Source: Fibrobacteria bacterium
GTDB taxonomy: Bacteria > Fibrobacterota > Chitinivibrionia > Chitinivibrionales > FEN-1185
Assembly: GCA_037447435.1 (NCBI GenBank)
Contig: JBBIGR010000008.1
Span: forward strand, 32,001-96,000
Length of the DNA stretch: 64,000 nt
Direction of reading: 5' to 3'
Both the position numbers and the translations under genes were made by a program. Positions within the stretch are counted from its first letter, which is position 1. Each line of letters opens with the position of its first letter. The notes under the pieces are model-generated. The model did not search any database. It was not told the DNA's origin and saw only the letters and a program-made list of their open reading frames with translations. Shown here piece by piece: positions 39,119 through 48,766 of the stretch.

Positions 39119-39682
39119 ATGAAGAGAATCAACGAAAATCCGCCGGCAAGATTCCCAAATCGATCAATTGGCGAAGCGCAAGGACTTTGGTGGATTGCAA
39201 AAATCAAACCAAGAATGGAAAAGGCCCTTGCATTTGATTTTATGAATAGCGAAATAGAGTACTATTTGCCGCTTGTAACGAAGATTACTCGCCGTAAAGA
39301 CAATAATAAGCCCCGAAAGTCTATTCTGCCGCTTTTTCCAGGATATATCAGTTTTTGCTCAACGGAAAAAAATGTTTCAAGTATTTATAAAACCGGCAGG
39401 ATTGTATCGATCATCCAAATAAAAAACCAAAGACATTTTAGCGAAGAACTATCGCAAATATTCCAAGCTCTTGAATCTGGAATGGTTTTAGAGCCTGTTC
39501 ATACTTCCATCCCAATTGGAACGCCTGTGATTGTTTTTGCAGGGCCAATGAAAGGTATACGAGGAATTATTGCTAGAATTCAGGATTCCGAAAGGCTTAT
39601 ATTAGCGGTAAAAGGGCTTGGTCAGGCATCAATGCAAATCGATTCTGCATATATAAAACCCGATACCGATTATTCCGTATAA
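39119..39682 (+). CDS. NusG-paralog transcription antiterminator (RfaH/UpxY/LoaP-like)
   Basis: WWIAKIKPRMEKALA; YYLPL; PLFPGYI (NGN); GTPVIVFAGPMKGIRGII (KOW); upstream of a long glycan operon. Confidence 0.88.
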   Translation: MKRINENPPARFPNRSIGEAQGLWWIAKIKPRMEKALAFDFMNSEIEYYLPLVTKITRRKDNNKPRKSILPLFPGYISFCSTEKNVSSIYKTGRIVSIIQIKNQRHFSEELSQIFQALESGMVLEPVHTSIPIGTPVIVFAGPMKGIRGIIARIQDSERLILAVKGLGQASMQIDSAYIKPDTDYSV

Positions 39683-39705
39683 TTTAATTCCATACAATAT
39701 TAACG

Positions 39706-39734
39706 TTGAATTGAGCGTAAAAGGAATGTATTAT
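39706..39734 (+). promoter_or_regulatory. Putative sigma70 promoter of the surface-glycan operon
   Basis: TTGAAT (39706-39711)-N17-TATTAT (39729-39734). Confidence 0.5.
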
Positions 39735-39896
39735 TTGATGTTAAAGGTTACTGGACTTAATTTATATAAGTATATAGAAAATAAAAACTTATAAGCGTAC
39801 TTTTTTTGAAAGTACCGCCGACCGGGGCAAGGTGCATCCGGTTAAAAAATCAATAAACTTTAAATAGATTTTTTATTTCTTTCTGAAAGTAATGAA

Positions 39897-40505
39897 TTGT
39901 TTCTAAAAAGAAAAAAAACCTTATTTGCTATAATTATTCTCGTTGCTGTCGGTATTTCCACATTTGCATTTCGACATCTTGCTCAGTGGCTTGTAATATC
40001 GGATCCTTTGCCGTTGTCGATAGATGCGATATTTACATTTGCAGGTGAAACGAACCGTCTTGTTTATTCAAAAGAATTATACGGAAAATATAAAGGCGCA
40101 GAATGGCTGATCAGTTATCCGTCAAAAAAGATTGCAATACCGCTCCGTAAAGACGGCTTTGATACATCCAGGATACAAATAGTGGATTCATGTAAAAATA
40201 CGAATTCAGAAGTGCTTTTTATAACTAGCTGGGCGGTTGATAAAATAAATAAATCTAACAAGTTTACACGGCAAAATCCTTTGCAGGTAGGGCTCGTTAG
40301 TACGCCGTTTCACATGCGTAGGATTCGTATGCAAATAATGCGCAAAAGTAAGAACGACCTTGTTCGATATTACTTCCTGCCGGTTCCATATAATAAATGC
40401 GGTTTTACAAAAGAAGACTATAAAATGTGGTGGAAAAATTACGTTCTTAAATCCGCAATAATTTTGGAATTAAAAAAAGTAGTATATTATTTTTTCAAGT
40501 ATTAA
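39897..40505 (+). CDS. DUF218/YdcF/ElyC-family protein
   Basis: N-terminal TM; WLVISDPL...DAIFTFAGE..R; NTNSE; LVSTPFHMRR; TTG start. Confidence 0.75.
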   Translation: MFLKRKKTLFAIIILVAVGISTFAFRHLAQWLVISDPLPLSIDAIFTFAGETNRLVYSKELYGKYKGAEWLISYPSKKIAIPLRKDGFDTSRIQIVDSCKNTNSEVLFITSWAVDKINKSNKFTRQNPLQVGLVSTPFHMRRIRMQIMRKSKNDLVRYYFLPVPYNKCGFTKEDYKMWWKNYVLKSAIILELKKVVYYFFKY

Positions 40506-40506
40506 T

Positions 40507-41208
40507 ATGCTTTTGTCAATAATTATACCCTGCTATAACGAAAACAAAACAATAACGCAGCTGCTTGAAAAAGTCCGCAATGCGCATCTTCCTGCAGGCG
40601 TGACCAGAGAGCTTATTGTTGTTGACGATTGTTCTTCCGACGGGACAATTCAAATTCTTGAGCAAATGAAAGCTGAGGATGTTAAAATATATTTCCATGG
40701 AAAAAATCAAGGAAAAGGGGCCGCTTTACGTACCGGCTTTTCCCATGCTCAAGGGGATGTCGTCGTTGTGCAGGATGCGGATTTAGAGTATAACCCGGAG
40801 GAATTCGGGAAACTTTTAAAACCCATTCTCGATGGTCGGGCAGACGTCGTTTTTGGCTCGCGGTTTTGCACTACCGACGAACGTCGAGTGTTATATTATT
40901 TTCACTTTCTAGGAAATAAACTTCTTACGTTTGTATCCAATATATTTACGAATCTAAACCTTACGGACATGGAAACCTGCTATAAAATGTTCCGTAAGGA
41001 AATCATCGATAAAATTACCATATGCGAAAACCGTTTCGGCTTTGAGCCGGAAATTACCGCCAAAATTGCAAAACAACATTGCCGCATTTACGAGGTCGGT
41101 ATTTCCTATTCCGGCCGAACCTATGAAGACGGTAAAAAAATTGGTTTCAAAGATGCTTTCCGAGCAATGTGGTGCATCATTAAGTATAATGTGTTTGCTA
41201 GAGGGTGA
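40507..41208 (+). CDS. GT2, polyprenol-phosphate glycosyltransferase-like
   Basis: IIIPCYNE; VDDCSSDGT; NQGKGAALR; QDADLEY; GSRF; LTDMETCYK; FGFEPEIT. Confidence 0.9.
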   Translation: MLLSIIIPCYNENKTITQLLEKVRNAHLPAGVTRELIVVDDCSSDGTIQILEQMKAEDVKIYFHGKNQGKGAALRTGFSHAQGDVVVVQDADLEYNPEEFGKLLKPILDGRADVVFGSRFCTTDERRVLYYFHFLGNKLLTFVSNIFTNLNLTDMETCYKMFRKEIIDKITICENRFGFEPEITAKIAKQHCRIYEVGISYSGRTYEDGKKIGFKDAFRAMWCIIKYNVFARG

Positions 41209-41212
41209 TTAA

Positions 41213-42163
41213 GTGGTAAATAAAAATTTTGCATTGACCGGTGCTGCGGGGTATATCGCACCGCGGCACATGAAGGCGATAAAGGAAACCGGCAATAATC
41301 TCGTTGCGGCCTGTGATCCAAAAGACTCTGTTGGTGTACTTGACAAGTATTTTTTTAATGCCCGTTTTTTCCAGGAATTCGAAAGGTTTGACAGGCATTT
41401 GGAGAAATTACGACGCAAAGGCGAGAACGAACGGGTGCATTTTGTGAGTATTTGCTCGCCAAATTTTTTACACGATGCTCATATACGCTTTGCACTTCGA
41501 ATTGGGGCTGATGCCATATGCGAAAAGCCGCTTGTAATAAATCCGTGGAACATTGACGCTTTGCTCGAATTACAGCACGAATATGGCAGGAAAATTTATA
41601 CGGTACTTCAGTTACGCCTTCATCCAGCACTTAAAGCGTTAAAAGAAAAGTTTGCTGTAGAAAACAAAGCTGGTAAACATGAAGTAGATCTTACCTACAT
41701 CACCGCGCGAGGCAATTGGTATTTGGTCTCTTGGAAGGGTCAGATGGAACGGTCGGGCGGACTTGCTACAAACATCGGAGTGCATTTTTTTGATTTACTC
41801 ATATGGCTTTTTGGGCCAGTGGAGGGTTTTGAGGTTCATGTTGCCGATGATCAAAAAATCGCAGGATATCTTGAATTGAAACATGCACGGGTAAAATGGT
41901 TTTTGTCAATCGATATCAGCTATGTGCCTGCCCAGGCTGCTGCTGTTGGAAAAACGACGTTTCGATCCATCGTGATAGACGGAAAAGAAGTGGAATTCTC
42001 TGAGGGATTTACAGATTTGCATACGGAGATTTATAAGGATATTCTTGCTGGAAACGGTTTTTTTCCCGAGGATGCAAGGGGCTCTCTCCAATTGGTTCAC
42101 GATATACGAACAACCCTTCCAATCGGGATTACCCCTAATTCTCATAAATTTTTAAATCCATAG
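41213..42163 (+). CDS. wbpB: Gfo/Idh/MocA oxidoreductase, WbpB/WlbA-type UDP-GlcNAcA 3-dehydrogenase
   Basis: FALTGAAGYIAPRH; ICSPNFLHDAH; CEKPLV; SGGLATNIGVHFFD; EFSEGFTDLH. Confidence 0.88.
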   Translation: MVNKNFALTGAAGYIAPRHMKAIKETGNNLVAACDPKDSVGVLDKYFFNARFFQEFERFDRHLEKLRRKGENERVHFVSICSPNFLHDAHIRFALRIGADAICEKPLVINPWNIDALLELQHEYGRKIYTVLQLRLHPALKALKEKFAVENKAGKHEVDLTYITARGNWYLVSWKGQMERSGGLATNIGVHFFDLLIWLFGPVEGFEVHVADDQKIAGYLELKHARVKWFLSIDISYVPAQAAAVGKTTFRSIVIDGKEVEFSEGFTDLHTEIYKDILAGNGFFPEDARGSLQLVHDIRTTLPIGITPNSHKFLNP

Positions 42164-42176
42164 TCAGGAATTCTCA

Positions 42177-42836
42177 TTGTCCTATTTCAAGCATGAATCC
42201 GCATACATCGATGAACCGTGTTCGATAGGTGATGGAACAAAGATTTGGCATTTTTCCCATGTTATGAAAGGTGCAAAAATCGGTACGGAGTGTATACTCG
42301 GGCAAAACGTTCAGATTGCAAATGACGTGGTTATTGGCAATAGAGTGAAAATACAAAACAATGTCTCCGTATATGCGGGAACAATTATTGAAGACAACGT
42401 TTTTTTAGGACCATCTTGTGTTCTGACAAATGTAACTAATCCGCGTTCTGAAGTCAACAGGCATTCCTTATACGAAAAAACAGTCATAAGGCGTGGGGCA
42501 ACGATTGGTGCTAATGCTACTGTTGTTTGCGGCATCATGATAGGGTGCTACGCATTCATTGCGGCGGGCGCAGTTGTTTCAAAAGACGTACCTGATTATG
42601 CTCTCATGATGGGTGTACCGGCGCAGCAAAAAGGATGGATGAGCAGGCATGGACACTATTTAGCCGTTTCGAATAGCCAAGGCATATTCACTTGCCCTGA
42701 AAGCAATTTACATTACAAAATCGAAAACGGTCGAATGAAGTGCATTGATCTTGGTGAAGACGAGATTCTTCCTCTAGCTATGTGTTCAGGCTCAAAGACA
42801 TATGATGAATTTAAACTCCAATCGGCTATAAAATGA
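42177..42836 (+). CDS. wbpD: Hexapeptide N-acetyltransferase, WbpD/WlbB-type
   Basis: IGDGTKIWHFSHVM; KIQNNVSVY; FLGPSCVLTNVTNPRS; GATIGANAT; TTG start. Confidence 0.88.
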   Translation: MSYFKHESAYIDEPCSIGDGTKIWHFSHVMKGAKIGTECILGQNVQIANDVVIGNRVKIQNNVSVYAGTIIEDNVFLGPSCVLTNVTNPRSEVNRHSLYEKTVIRRGATIGANATVVCGIMIGCYAFIAAGAVVSKDVPDYALMMGVPAQQKGWMSRHGHYLAVSNSQGIFTCPESNLHYKIENGRMKCIDLGEDEILPLAMCSGSKTYDEFKLQSAIK

Positions 42837-43921
42837 AAAAAATCCTGACTGTTATTGGTGCTCGTCCTCAATTTATCAAAGCCTCTGTTGTGTCCAAAGC
42901 AATTATTGAAAGCGGCGAGTTTGAAGAGGTGCTTGTTCATACGGGCCAGCATTATGATAACAATATGTCGAAGATATTTTTTGACGAACTGGACATTTTA
43001 CCTCCAAAATATAACCTTGAGATTGGCAGCTGCGGACATGGAGAGCAGACAGGTGAGATGCTTAAACGTCTCGAGCCCATAGTAAATTCCGAAAATCCGG
43101 ACATGGTTCTTATCTATGGCGACACAAATTCCACACTAGCAGGTGCACTAGTAGCTGCAAAAATGAATATCCCGGTAGCACATGTTGAAGCGGGCTTACG
43201 CTCATTCAATAGGAAGATGCCAGAGGAAATAAACAGGGTAATTGCGGATCATATCTCCACGATTCTGTTTTGTCCCACAACGACCGCAGTAAAAAATTTA
43301 AAAAATGAAGGTATTATAAACAATGTTTATATCACTGGTGATGTGATGTATGATGTTGCAATACAATTTGTTGAAAAAGCAAAATCAAAAAGTACTATAT
43401 TGGCCAAACTGTTACTGACATCAAAAGGCTATATTCTGGTAACTATACACCGTGCCGAAAATACTGACGAAAGATTAAGACTTATAAATATCCTCTCGGC
43501 GCTTGAAATACTATCATATAATTCCGTCATTATTTTTCCTATGCATCCTCGCACAAAAAAAATGATTGATTCTTTCGGCTTGAATAATTTTCTGGCGAAT
43601 ATTAAAGTGATTGCCCCTGCGGGATTTCTCGACATGATCAATTTGGAAAGTAATGCAAAACTTATAATGACCGATTCGGGAGGGGTACAGAAAGAAGCCT
43701 ATTTTCACAAGACACCTTGTATAACATTGCGAAATGAGACTGAATGGACAGAAACAGTTGATGCCGGATGGAATGTGGTTGCTGGTAATCGGGATGCTTC
43801 AGACATTGTAAGTCTTGCCAATCGAATGCTAGAGTGGACTGGAAATCGAGAGCAAATTGCTGACTACGGTAACGGATGTTCTGCAAAATCAATTATTACA
43901 CATCTAGCTGCTCTAAAGTAA
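42833..43921 (+). CDS. wecB: UDP-N-acetylglucosamine 2-epimerase, non-hydrolysing (WecB/WbpI type)
   Basis: GARPQFIK; HTGQHYD; YGDTNST; HVEAGLRS; HRAEN; TDSGGVQKEAY. Confidence 0.92.
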   Translation: MKKILTVIGARPQFIKASVVSKAIIESGEFEEVLVHTGQHYDNNMSKIFFDELDILPPKYNLEIGSCGHGEQTGEMLKRLEPIVNSENPDMVLIYGDTNSTLAGALVAAKMNIPVAHVEAGLRSFNRKMPEEINRVIADHISTILFCPTTTAVKNLKNEGIINNVYITGDVMYDVAIQFVEKAKSKSTILAKLLLTSKGYILVTIHRAENTDERLRLINILSALEILSYNSVIIFPMHPRTKKMIDSFGLNNFLANIKVIAPAGFLDMINLESNAKLIMTDSGGVQKEAYFHKTPCITLRNETEWTETVDAGWNVVAGNRDASDIVSLANRMLEWTGNREQIADYGNGCSAKSIITHLAALK

Positions 43922-43939
43922 AAGAGGAGGTCAGTTATC

Positions 43940-44746
43940 GTGGGGAAAAAAGTTTTTGTCCTTTTGCCTGCTTTCAATGAAGAAAATTCAATGCGCCAGC
44001 TTATTACGGACATTTCTGAGTATATGCGGGTTAAGAAATTTGACTACCACATAATTGTTTGCAACGACGGAAGCAATGATAAGACCGGGGATGAGCTTGC
44101 CAGACTATCGAAAGAATTCCCGTTTGAAATTCTAACCCATAAGTTGAATCGTGGTTTGGGAGAAACAGCACGTGACCTTTTTGAACGAGCAGCCGAGCTG
44201 TCTAAGATTGGGGACTATATTGTACGCCTTGACGCGGACAACACCCATGAACCTCAAAATATTGGAAATCTGATTAACAAACTTGAAGAGGGCTTTGACG
44301 TTGTGACTGCATCTCGGTTCCAAAAAGGCGGTGGTCAACATGGTGTAAGTGCTTATCGAGCGCTTATATCAAACTGCGCCCAGATTTTCATGAAATTTAT
44401 ATTTGGGTTCAAAGGAATGAGGGAATTTTCATGTGGATTCAGAGTTTACCGAGCAGAAATTATTAAAAAAGCCATTGAATTTTATGGCAATAATTTTATT
44501 CAATTAAAAGGAATGGGATTTACTGGAACGCTTGAAAAAATGGTAAAGCTTAAATTGCTCAACGCAAGGTTTGCAGAAGTCGGATTTCAATTGCGGTACG
44601 ACAAAAAAACCAGCTATAGCAAAATGATAACAAGTATTACTACTTTGGGATATTTAGCAATGGCGCTTTTTTACCACTGGCCTTGGGGTGGGTGGAAATT
44701 TGGATATAAAAAACTTTTGAGGGAATATGACAAAAGATCTAAATGA
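43940..44746 (+). CDS. GT2, polyprenol-phosphate glycosyltransferase (GtrB/ArnC/DPM-like)
   Basis: LLPAFNEE; NDGSND; NRGLG; LDADNTH; ASRFQKGG; FSCGFRVYR; GTG start after GAGGAGG. Confidence 0.85.
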   Translation: MGKKVFVLLPAFNEENSMRQLITDISEYMRVKKFDYHIIVCNDGSNDKTGDELARLSKEFPFEILTHKLNRGLGETARDLFERAAELSKIGDYIVRLDADNTHEPQNIGNLINKLEEGFDVVTASRFQKGGGQHGVSAYRALISNCAQIFMKFIFGFKGMREFSCGFRVYRAEIIKKAIEFYGNNFIQLKGMGFTGTLEKMVKLKLLNARFAEVGFQLRYDKKTSYSKMITSITTLGYLAMALFYHWPWGGWKFGYKKLLREYDKRSK

Positions 44747-45554
44747 GGTTAGACATTTTTGGGAAGAGAATCCATTATTTAGTGGTGAAGCAAAGAATCC
44801 ACTTGGGACGAAGGGTTTTTTTGAAGAGCATCGAAACGTTTATATAAATGATTGTTTTGCCGGCACATTAGATGACAAGCTATTTCCTGAAAAAATAAAA
44901 AATGAAAAAATATTAGATTTAGGATGCGGTGTCGGGATGTGGGCAACTGAATTTGGTCTTGTCGGGTATGCAAACATTACTGCGGCAGACTTGACTATAA
45001 GTGGATTGCTTCTTACAAGGCAAAGAGCAGCAATAAATGACATTAAATTGGACTTGTGTCAGGCTAATGCAGAAAAGTTACCATTAAAGAATGCAACTTT
45101 TTCACATGTGAATTGCCAGGGAGTAATACATCATACGCCTAATACAGCTGCTTGCGTAGAAGAAATAGCCAGAGTATTGCAAAAAAACGGTACAGCCATT
45201 ATTTCAGTTTATTATAGGAATATATTTCTAAGATTATGGCCGCTCTTTAAATGGGTAAGCAAAATTGTTTATTCTATTGGTGGAAAACTTCGCGGACGTG
45301 GAAGAGATGGAATATTCAATATTGATGACCCAGATGAAGTAGTGCGGCTATATGATGGCAAATTAAATCCAATAGGGAAAAGCTATTCAAAAAAAAAAAT
45401 TATCGAGTTGCTAACCCCAGCATTTGTCATTGAAGAAATATTTTACCATTTCTTTCCAGCAAGAGCATTGCCTTTTAAAATTCCAAAATTCATTCACAAA
45501 GTTCTAGACCAAACTTTCCCATTTATGATATTTGTAAAATTAAGGAAGAAATAA
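44727..45554 (+). CDS. Class I SAM-dependent methyltransferase
   Basis: ILDLGCGVG; ADLT; NAEKLP; GVIHHTP; EIARVL. Confidence 0.9.
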   Translation: MTKDLNEVRHFWEENPLFSGEAKNPLGTKGFFEEHRNVYINDCFAGTLDDKLFPEKIKNEKILDLGCGVGMWATEFGLVGYANITAADLTISGLLLTRQRAAINDIKLDLCQANAEKLPLKNATFSHVNCQGVIHHTPNTAACVEEIARVLQKNGTAIISVYYRNIFLRLWPLFKWVSKIVYSIGGKLRGRGRDGIFNIDDPDEVVRLYDGKLNPIGKSYSKKKIIELLTPAFVIEEIFYHFFPARALPFKIPKFIHKVLDQTFPFMIFVKLRKK

Positions 45555-47438
45555 ATGTGTGGGATTGCCGGAATTTTTAATATCGATGATGATGTTAAGC
45601 CACAAATACTAAAGGATATGGCAGAAACGATTAATCATCGTGGCCCCGACGCAAGCGGTGAATTTATTCGAGGCAAAACAGGTGTAGCTCATAAACGCTT
45701 ATCAATTATTGATATCCAATCCGGTCAACAGCCAATGTGGGACAAAGAGCATCGCTATATTATAGTTTTCAATGGCGAAATATATAATTATCTTGAGCTT
45801 CGCCAGGAGTTAGTACAGGCTGGCTGTGCGCTTGTCACACATTCTGATACAGAAGTATTGTTGAATCTTTATATTATTCATGGTCCCGCTTGTTTGCAGA
45901 GATGTATCGGGATGTTCGCTTTTGCTATTTATGACATTAAGGAACAAACGGCGTTCCTTGCAGTAGACCGATTTGGCATAAAACCTTTATATTATATAGA
46001 GTCAAAAGATGGTTTTCTTTTTGCTTCGGAAATAAAAGCGTTACTAAAACATCCTGCTGTAAAGGCTGGTGTAAATAGCGGTGCCATGTATGAATATCTC
46101 ACGTTTCAGTTCTTTCTTTATGATCGAACGCTTTTCCATGGAATACGCAAGCTTGAACCGGGAACATTTCTAATTATAAAAAATGGAAAAATAGAGCGAA
46201 AGAGCATTTACTGGGAGTTGAAATTCGATATAGATTCACATCATACCGAAGATTATTTTATTGAAAAGCTTGGGTTTCTGTTACAAGATTCTGTTCGTTT
46301 GCAATTGAGAAGCGATGTGCCGGTTGGCGCTTATCTTTCAGGCGGTCTCGATTCTTCCGCAATCACCTGCTATGCTTCTCAACTTCTTGGCACGCCCATT
46401 TCTACATTTACAGGAGGATTTAAAGAATCAGATCAGTATGATGAATCCGGGTATGCGCGAATCGTGTCGGAAGCAGAAAAAACTTTACATCATGAAGTCT
46501 TTCCCACGGCGCAGGACTTCGTCGACATTATTGGAAAACTGATTTATTTTATGGATCAGCCCGCAGCCGGTCCGGGATTATTCCCGCAATATTTTGTATC
46601 GAAAATGGCTTCTCAAAATGTAAAAGTTGTGCTGGGAGGACAGGGCGGAGATGAGATTTTTGGAGGATATGCTAGATATCTTGTTGCGTATCTAGAGCAG
46701 TGTCTGAAATCTGCTATTTATGAACAGCATGAAGAAGGCCGGTTTGTTGTTACGCTCGGAACCATAATTCCAAATTTGTCTTTGCTTAAAAATTATGTTC
46801 CGTTGATTAAAAACTTTTGGTCCAATGGAATTTTTGAGCCAATGGATAAGCGATATTTTCAGCTTATAAATAGGCTGAAAGGGAACGCAAAATTATTCTC
46901 CCCTGATTTCTTAAAATCATACGACGAATCTAAATCTTTTGAAACCTTTGCTGCATTGTTCAATCAGCCTGAAACAAAATCCTATTTCAACAAAATGACA
47001 TGCTTTGATATGCGCACACTTCTCCCCGCTTTATTGCAGGTAGAAGACCGCATGAGTATGGCCGTTTCGCTTGAATCAAGAGTTCCGCTTCTGGATCATA
47101 GGATTGTTGAGCTTGTGGCGTCCATGCCACCAACGCTCAAATTTGCAGAAGGAAAAACAAAGCAAGTTTTTCGTCAAGTTGTTAAGGATCGTGTTCCTCC
47201 CGCAATATTAAACCGCAAAGATAAGATGGGCTTTCCTGTTCCATTATCTGAATGGTTTAAAGCTGGAGTAGTGCGCGATTTTGTCCTTGATACATTGCTG
47301 TCCGACAAATCGAAAAACCGCGGTCTTCTTAACCAAAGCGAAATTACGAATTATCTTGAACAGGAAAAGCCATTTGACAGAGGGCTTTGGGGTGCTCTAT
47401 GCCTTGAGCTCTGGTATCAAAATTTCATTGACGTGTAA
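45555..47438 (+). CDS. asnB: Asparagine synthase (glutamine-hydrolysing) family amidotransferase
   Basis: MCGIAG; HRGPD; RLSIID; FNGEIYNY; LSGGLDSS; GQGGDEIFGGY; DRMSMAVSLESRVPLLD; KMGF. Confidence 0.95.
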   Translation: MCGIAGIFNIDDDVKPQILKDMAETINHRGPDASGEFIRGKTGVAHKRLSIIDIQSGQQPMWDKEHRYIIVFNGEIYNYLELRQELVQAGCALVTHSDTEVLLNLYIIHGPACLQRCIGMFAFAIYDIKEQTAFLAVDRFGIKPLYYIESKDGFLFASEIKALLKHPAVKAGVNSGAMYEYLTFQFFLYDRTLFHGIRKLEPGTFLIIKNGKIERKSIYWELKFDIDSHHTEDYFIEKLGFLLQDSVRLQLRSDVPVGAYLSGGLDSSAITCYASQLLGTPISTFTGGFKESDQYDESGYARIVSEAEKTLHHEVFPTAQDFVDIIGKLIYFMDQPAAGPGLFPQYFVSKMASQNVKVVLGGQGGDEIFGGYARYLVAYLEQCLKSAIYEQHEEGRFVVTLGTIIPNLSLLKNYVPLIKNFWSNGIFEPMDKRYFQLINRLKGNAKLFSPDFLKSYDESKSFETFAALFNQPETKSYFNKMTCFDMRTLLPALLQVEDRMSMAVSLESRVPLLDHRIVELVASMPPTLKFAEGKTKQVFRQVVKDRVPPAILNRKDKMGFPVPLSEWFKAGVVRDFVLDTLLSDKSKNRGLLNQSEITNYLEQEKPFDRGLWGALCLELWYQNFIDV

Positions 47439-47467
47439 CGCTAATATGTTTTCACTTCATTAATTGG

Positions 47468-48766
47468 ATGGATAAACGGCTTTATATTATAGAGAGCTTG
47501 TCACAATATTGGACTGATAATTTTGCTCCAATAGTAGCGCTTCCTATTCCAACAGCACTTAAAGGCGAAAGCAATACGTTGCCTCCGGAAGTAGTGGAAA
47601 TCCGTCTTCCGGCATGGGCTGAACGGGTCGGCGTCGATGGAAACCTGTTAGTACCCAAGTATTGCGTTTGTAATGGTAATCAAGAAGCCTGGAAAAGGGT
47701 CGATTGGCTTGAATCTGCTTTCTGGTATTTGAATAATTTAGCTGAACGAGAGTTGGAAAAATTAAAAGGGCCCGTCCATTCATACTCGTTTCGCCTTGTC
47801 AATTGGGATAAACGTATTTGGCAGAGAGCGTGGGTAAATCGGATTGCTCTCTTTTTGAGGAAATGGGCATCTATTGATAATGGTTTATCGGAAGATGCTT
47901 TGCTCGGCGTGCTACCTGAAACAAAAATCCTTCTGACGCATGACGTTGACGCAATAAAAAAGACGCTGGCAATAAGGCTTAAGCAGACCTTATTCCATTG
48001 TTTTAATGCTGTTCGTGCTTTGACAAGGGGAGATTTAAAAACTTCAATAATTAAATTGGCACATTCGCAACGCTTTTTTTATGGAAAAAGTAAATATTGG
48101 CTGTTTGAAGATTTAATGGAAGTTGAAAGAAAATATCACAAAAAGAGTATTTTTTTATTTTACGGTGGAAAACCCTCAAATCAGAAATCCATAGTTGAGT
48201 GGCTTTTTGATCCTTCTTACGATCCAAACGATACGAGTTTGAAAGAGCTTGCGAATGAGATGATCCGGCAAGGCTGTAGCATTGGGCTTCACCCTTCATT
48301 TACTTCATGGGAAGACAGAGACAAATTAAATAAAGCTCGTGAAAATCTCGAACGGTCTTTTGGCATTCCAATTCGAATGTGCCGCCAACATTGGCTACGT
48401 TTTTCTTTTGAAAGCACATGGAGGGCTCAGGAGGATGCGATGCTTACGCACGATTTTACGCTTTCATTCAATGACATTTCGGGATTAAGAAATGGCGCAG
48501 CAATTACCTTCCATCCATGGGATTTTACAAAAGACCAGCCAATGAAACTAGTTGCAACAGCAACAGTGTTTATGGATTCGCAGTTTTACGACTATATCAA
48601 CATGACTGATGATAAAAGAAAAAACCAAATTAGGTATTGGCTCAATGAAATTCAAGAAGTACATGGCACTGCAGCGATATTATGGCATCAGCATACATTT
48701 AGCGATGATTACGGATGGAAAACGGGATATAAGGAAATGCTAGATAACCTTAAGGATGCAAAATGA
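47468..48766 (+). CDS. Polysaccharide deacetylase-family protein
   Basis: LLTHDVD; IGLHPS; RQHWLRF; MDSQF; ILWHQH. Confidence 0.8.
   Translation: MDKRLYIIESLSQYWTDNFAPIVALPIPTALKGESNTLPPEVVEIRLPAWAERVGVDGNLLVPKYCVCNGNQEAWKRVDWLESAFWYLNNLAERELEKLKGPVHSYSFRLVNWDKRIWQRAWVNRIALFLRKWASIDNGLSEDALLGVLPETKILLTHDVDAIKKTLAIRLKQTLFHCFNAVRALTRGDLKTSIIKLAHSQRFFYGKSKYWLFEDLMEVERKYHKKSIFLFYGGKPSNQKSIVEWLFDPSYDPNDTSLKELANEMIRQGCSIGLHPSFTSWEDRDKLNKARENLERSFGIPIRMCRQHWLRFSFESTWRAQEDAMLTHDFTLSFNDISGLRNGAAITFHPWDFTKDQPMKLVATATVFMDSQFYDYINMTDDKRKNQIRYWLNEIQEVHGTAAILWHQHTFSDDYGWKTGYKEMLDNLKDAK

Noticed and set aside
39811..39820. ops-like GGCGGTAC near the NusG paralog
   Set aside because: It lies on the minus strand, opposite to operon transcription, and deviates from GGCGGTAGnnTG
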